DNA of 64,000 nt from Haliotis rubra (taxonomy: Eukaryota): assembly GCF_003918875.1 (NCBI RefSeq), contig NW_025767725.1, positions 124,001 through 188,000 on the forward strand, written 5' to 3'. The position numbers and the translations under genes are program-made. Shown here in pieces: positions 63,862 through 64,000 of this stretch; within the stretch, counting starts at the first letter, position 1; each line of letters begins with the position of its first letter. Below the pieces are notes generated by a model. The model saw only the letters and a list, made by a program, of their open reading frames with translations, was not told where the DNA came from and made no database searches.

Positions 63862-64000
63862 TGGAGGACATCGTAACAAATTGAATCACTGGTAATATGG
63901 ACAGGGTCAAGGCTGGAGTCAGGAACAAATACGACGTGAAGCGCTCGTAACATATTGAACAGTCAGCCAGTGAGGCACGTCTTGGTTTCCGATGTGTGAA

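Noticed and set aside
63743-63928. Hydrophobic ORF as the TM exon of G6
   Set aside because: No convincing TM plus basic stop-transfer segment or splice sites, and it runs into the satellite.

Overview
Repeat-rich eukaryotic (invertebrate) genomic DNA. The SINE/LINE repertoire with (CACT)n tails suggests a mollusc, possibly abalone, but that is inference. The ORF track misses the main content, which I reconstructed by hand from splice sites: a minus-strand tandem cluster of Shisa-like/CYYR1-like single-pass membrane protein genes. Each has a signal-peptide exon, a six-cysteine C-C-CC-CC ectodomain exon, a TM exon and a proline-rich tail exon, often with PPxY. Four genes are complete (G2 16985-23372, G3 32804-38663, G4 43102-50982, G5 52280-56922), all with intron phases 1-2-1. 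G1 (7887-8718) is a frameshifted partial duplicate of G3. G6 (60812-61523) is a tail exon whose upstream exons probably lie beyond the window. Notable features: a ~29-copy 59-bp minisatellite derived from the G4 ectodomain exon end and its splice donor; a 96-bp satellite with TACTAAC motifs abutting the G2 ectodomain acceptor; SINE tails at the branch-point position of three TM exons; Penelope-type hammerhead motifs in introns; and a tRNA-less retroposon family with a covarying pseudoknot-like 5' head. The rest is LINE remnants, a broken Tc1 element, MITEs, four SINE families, satellites and a 248-N gap.
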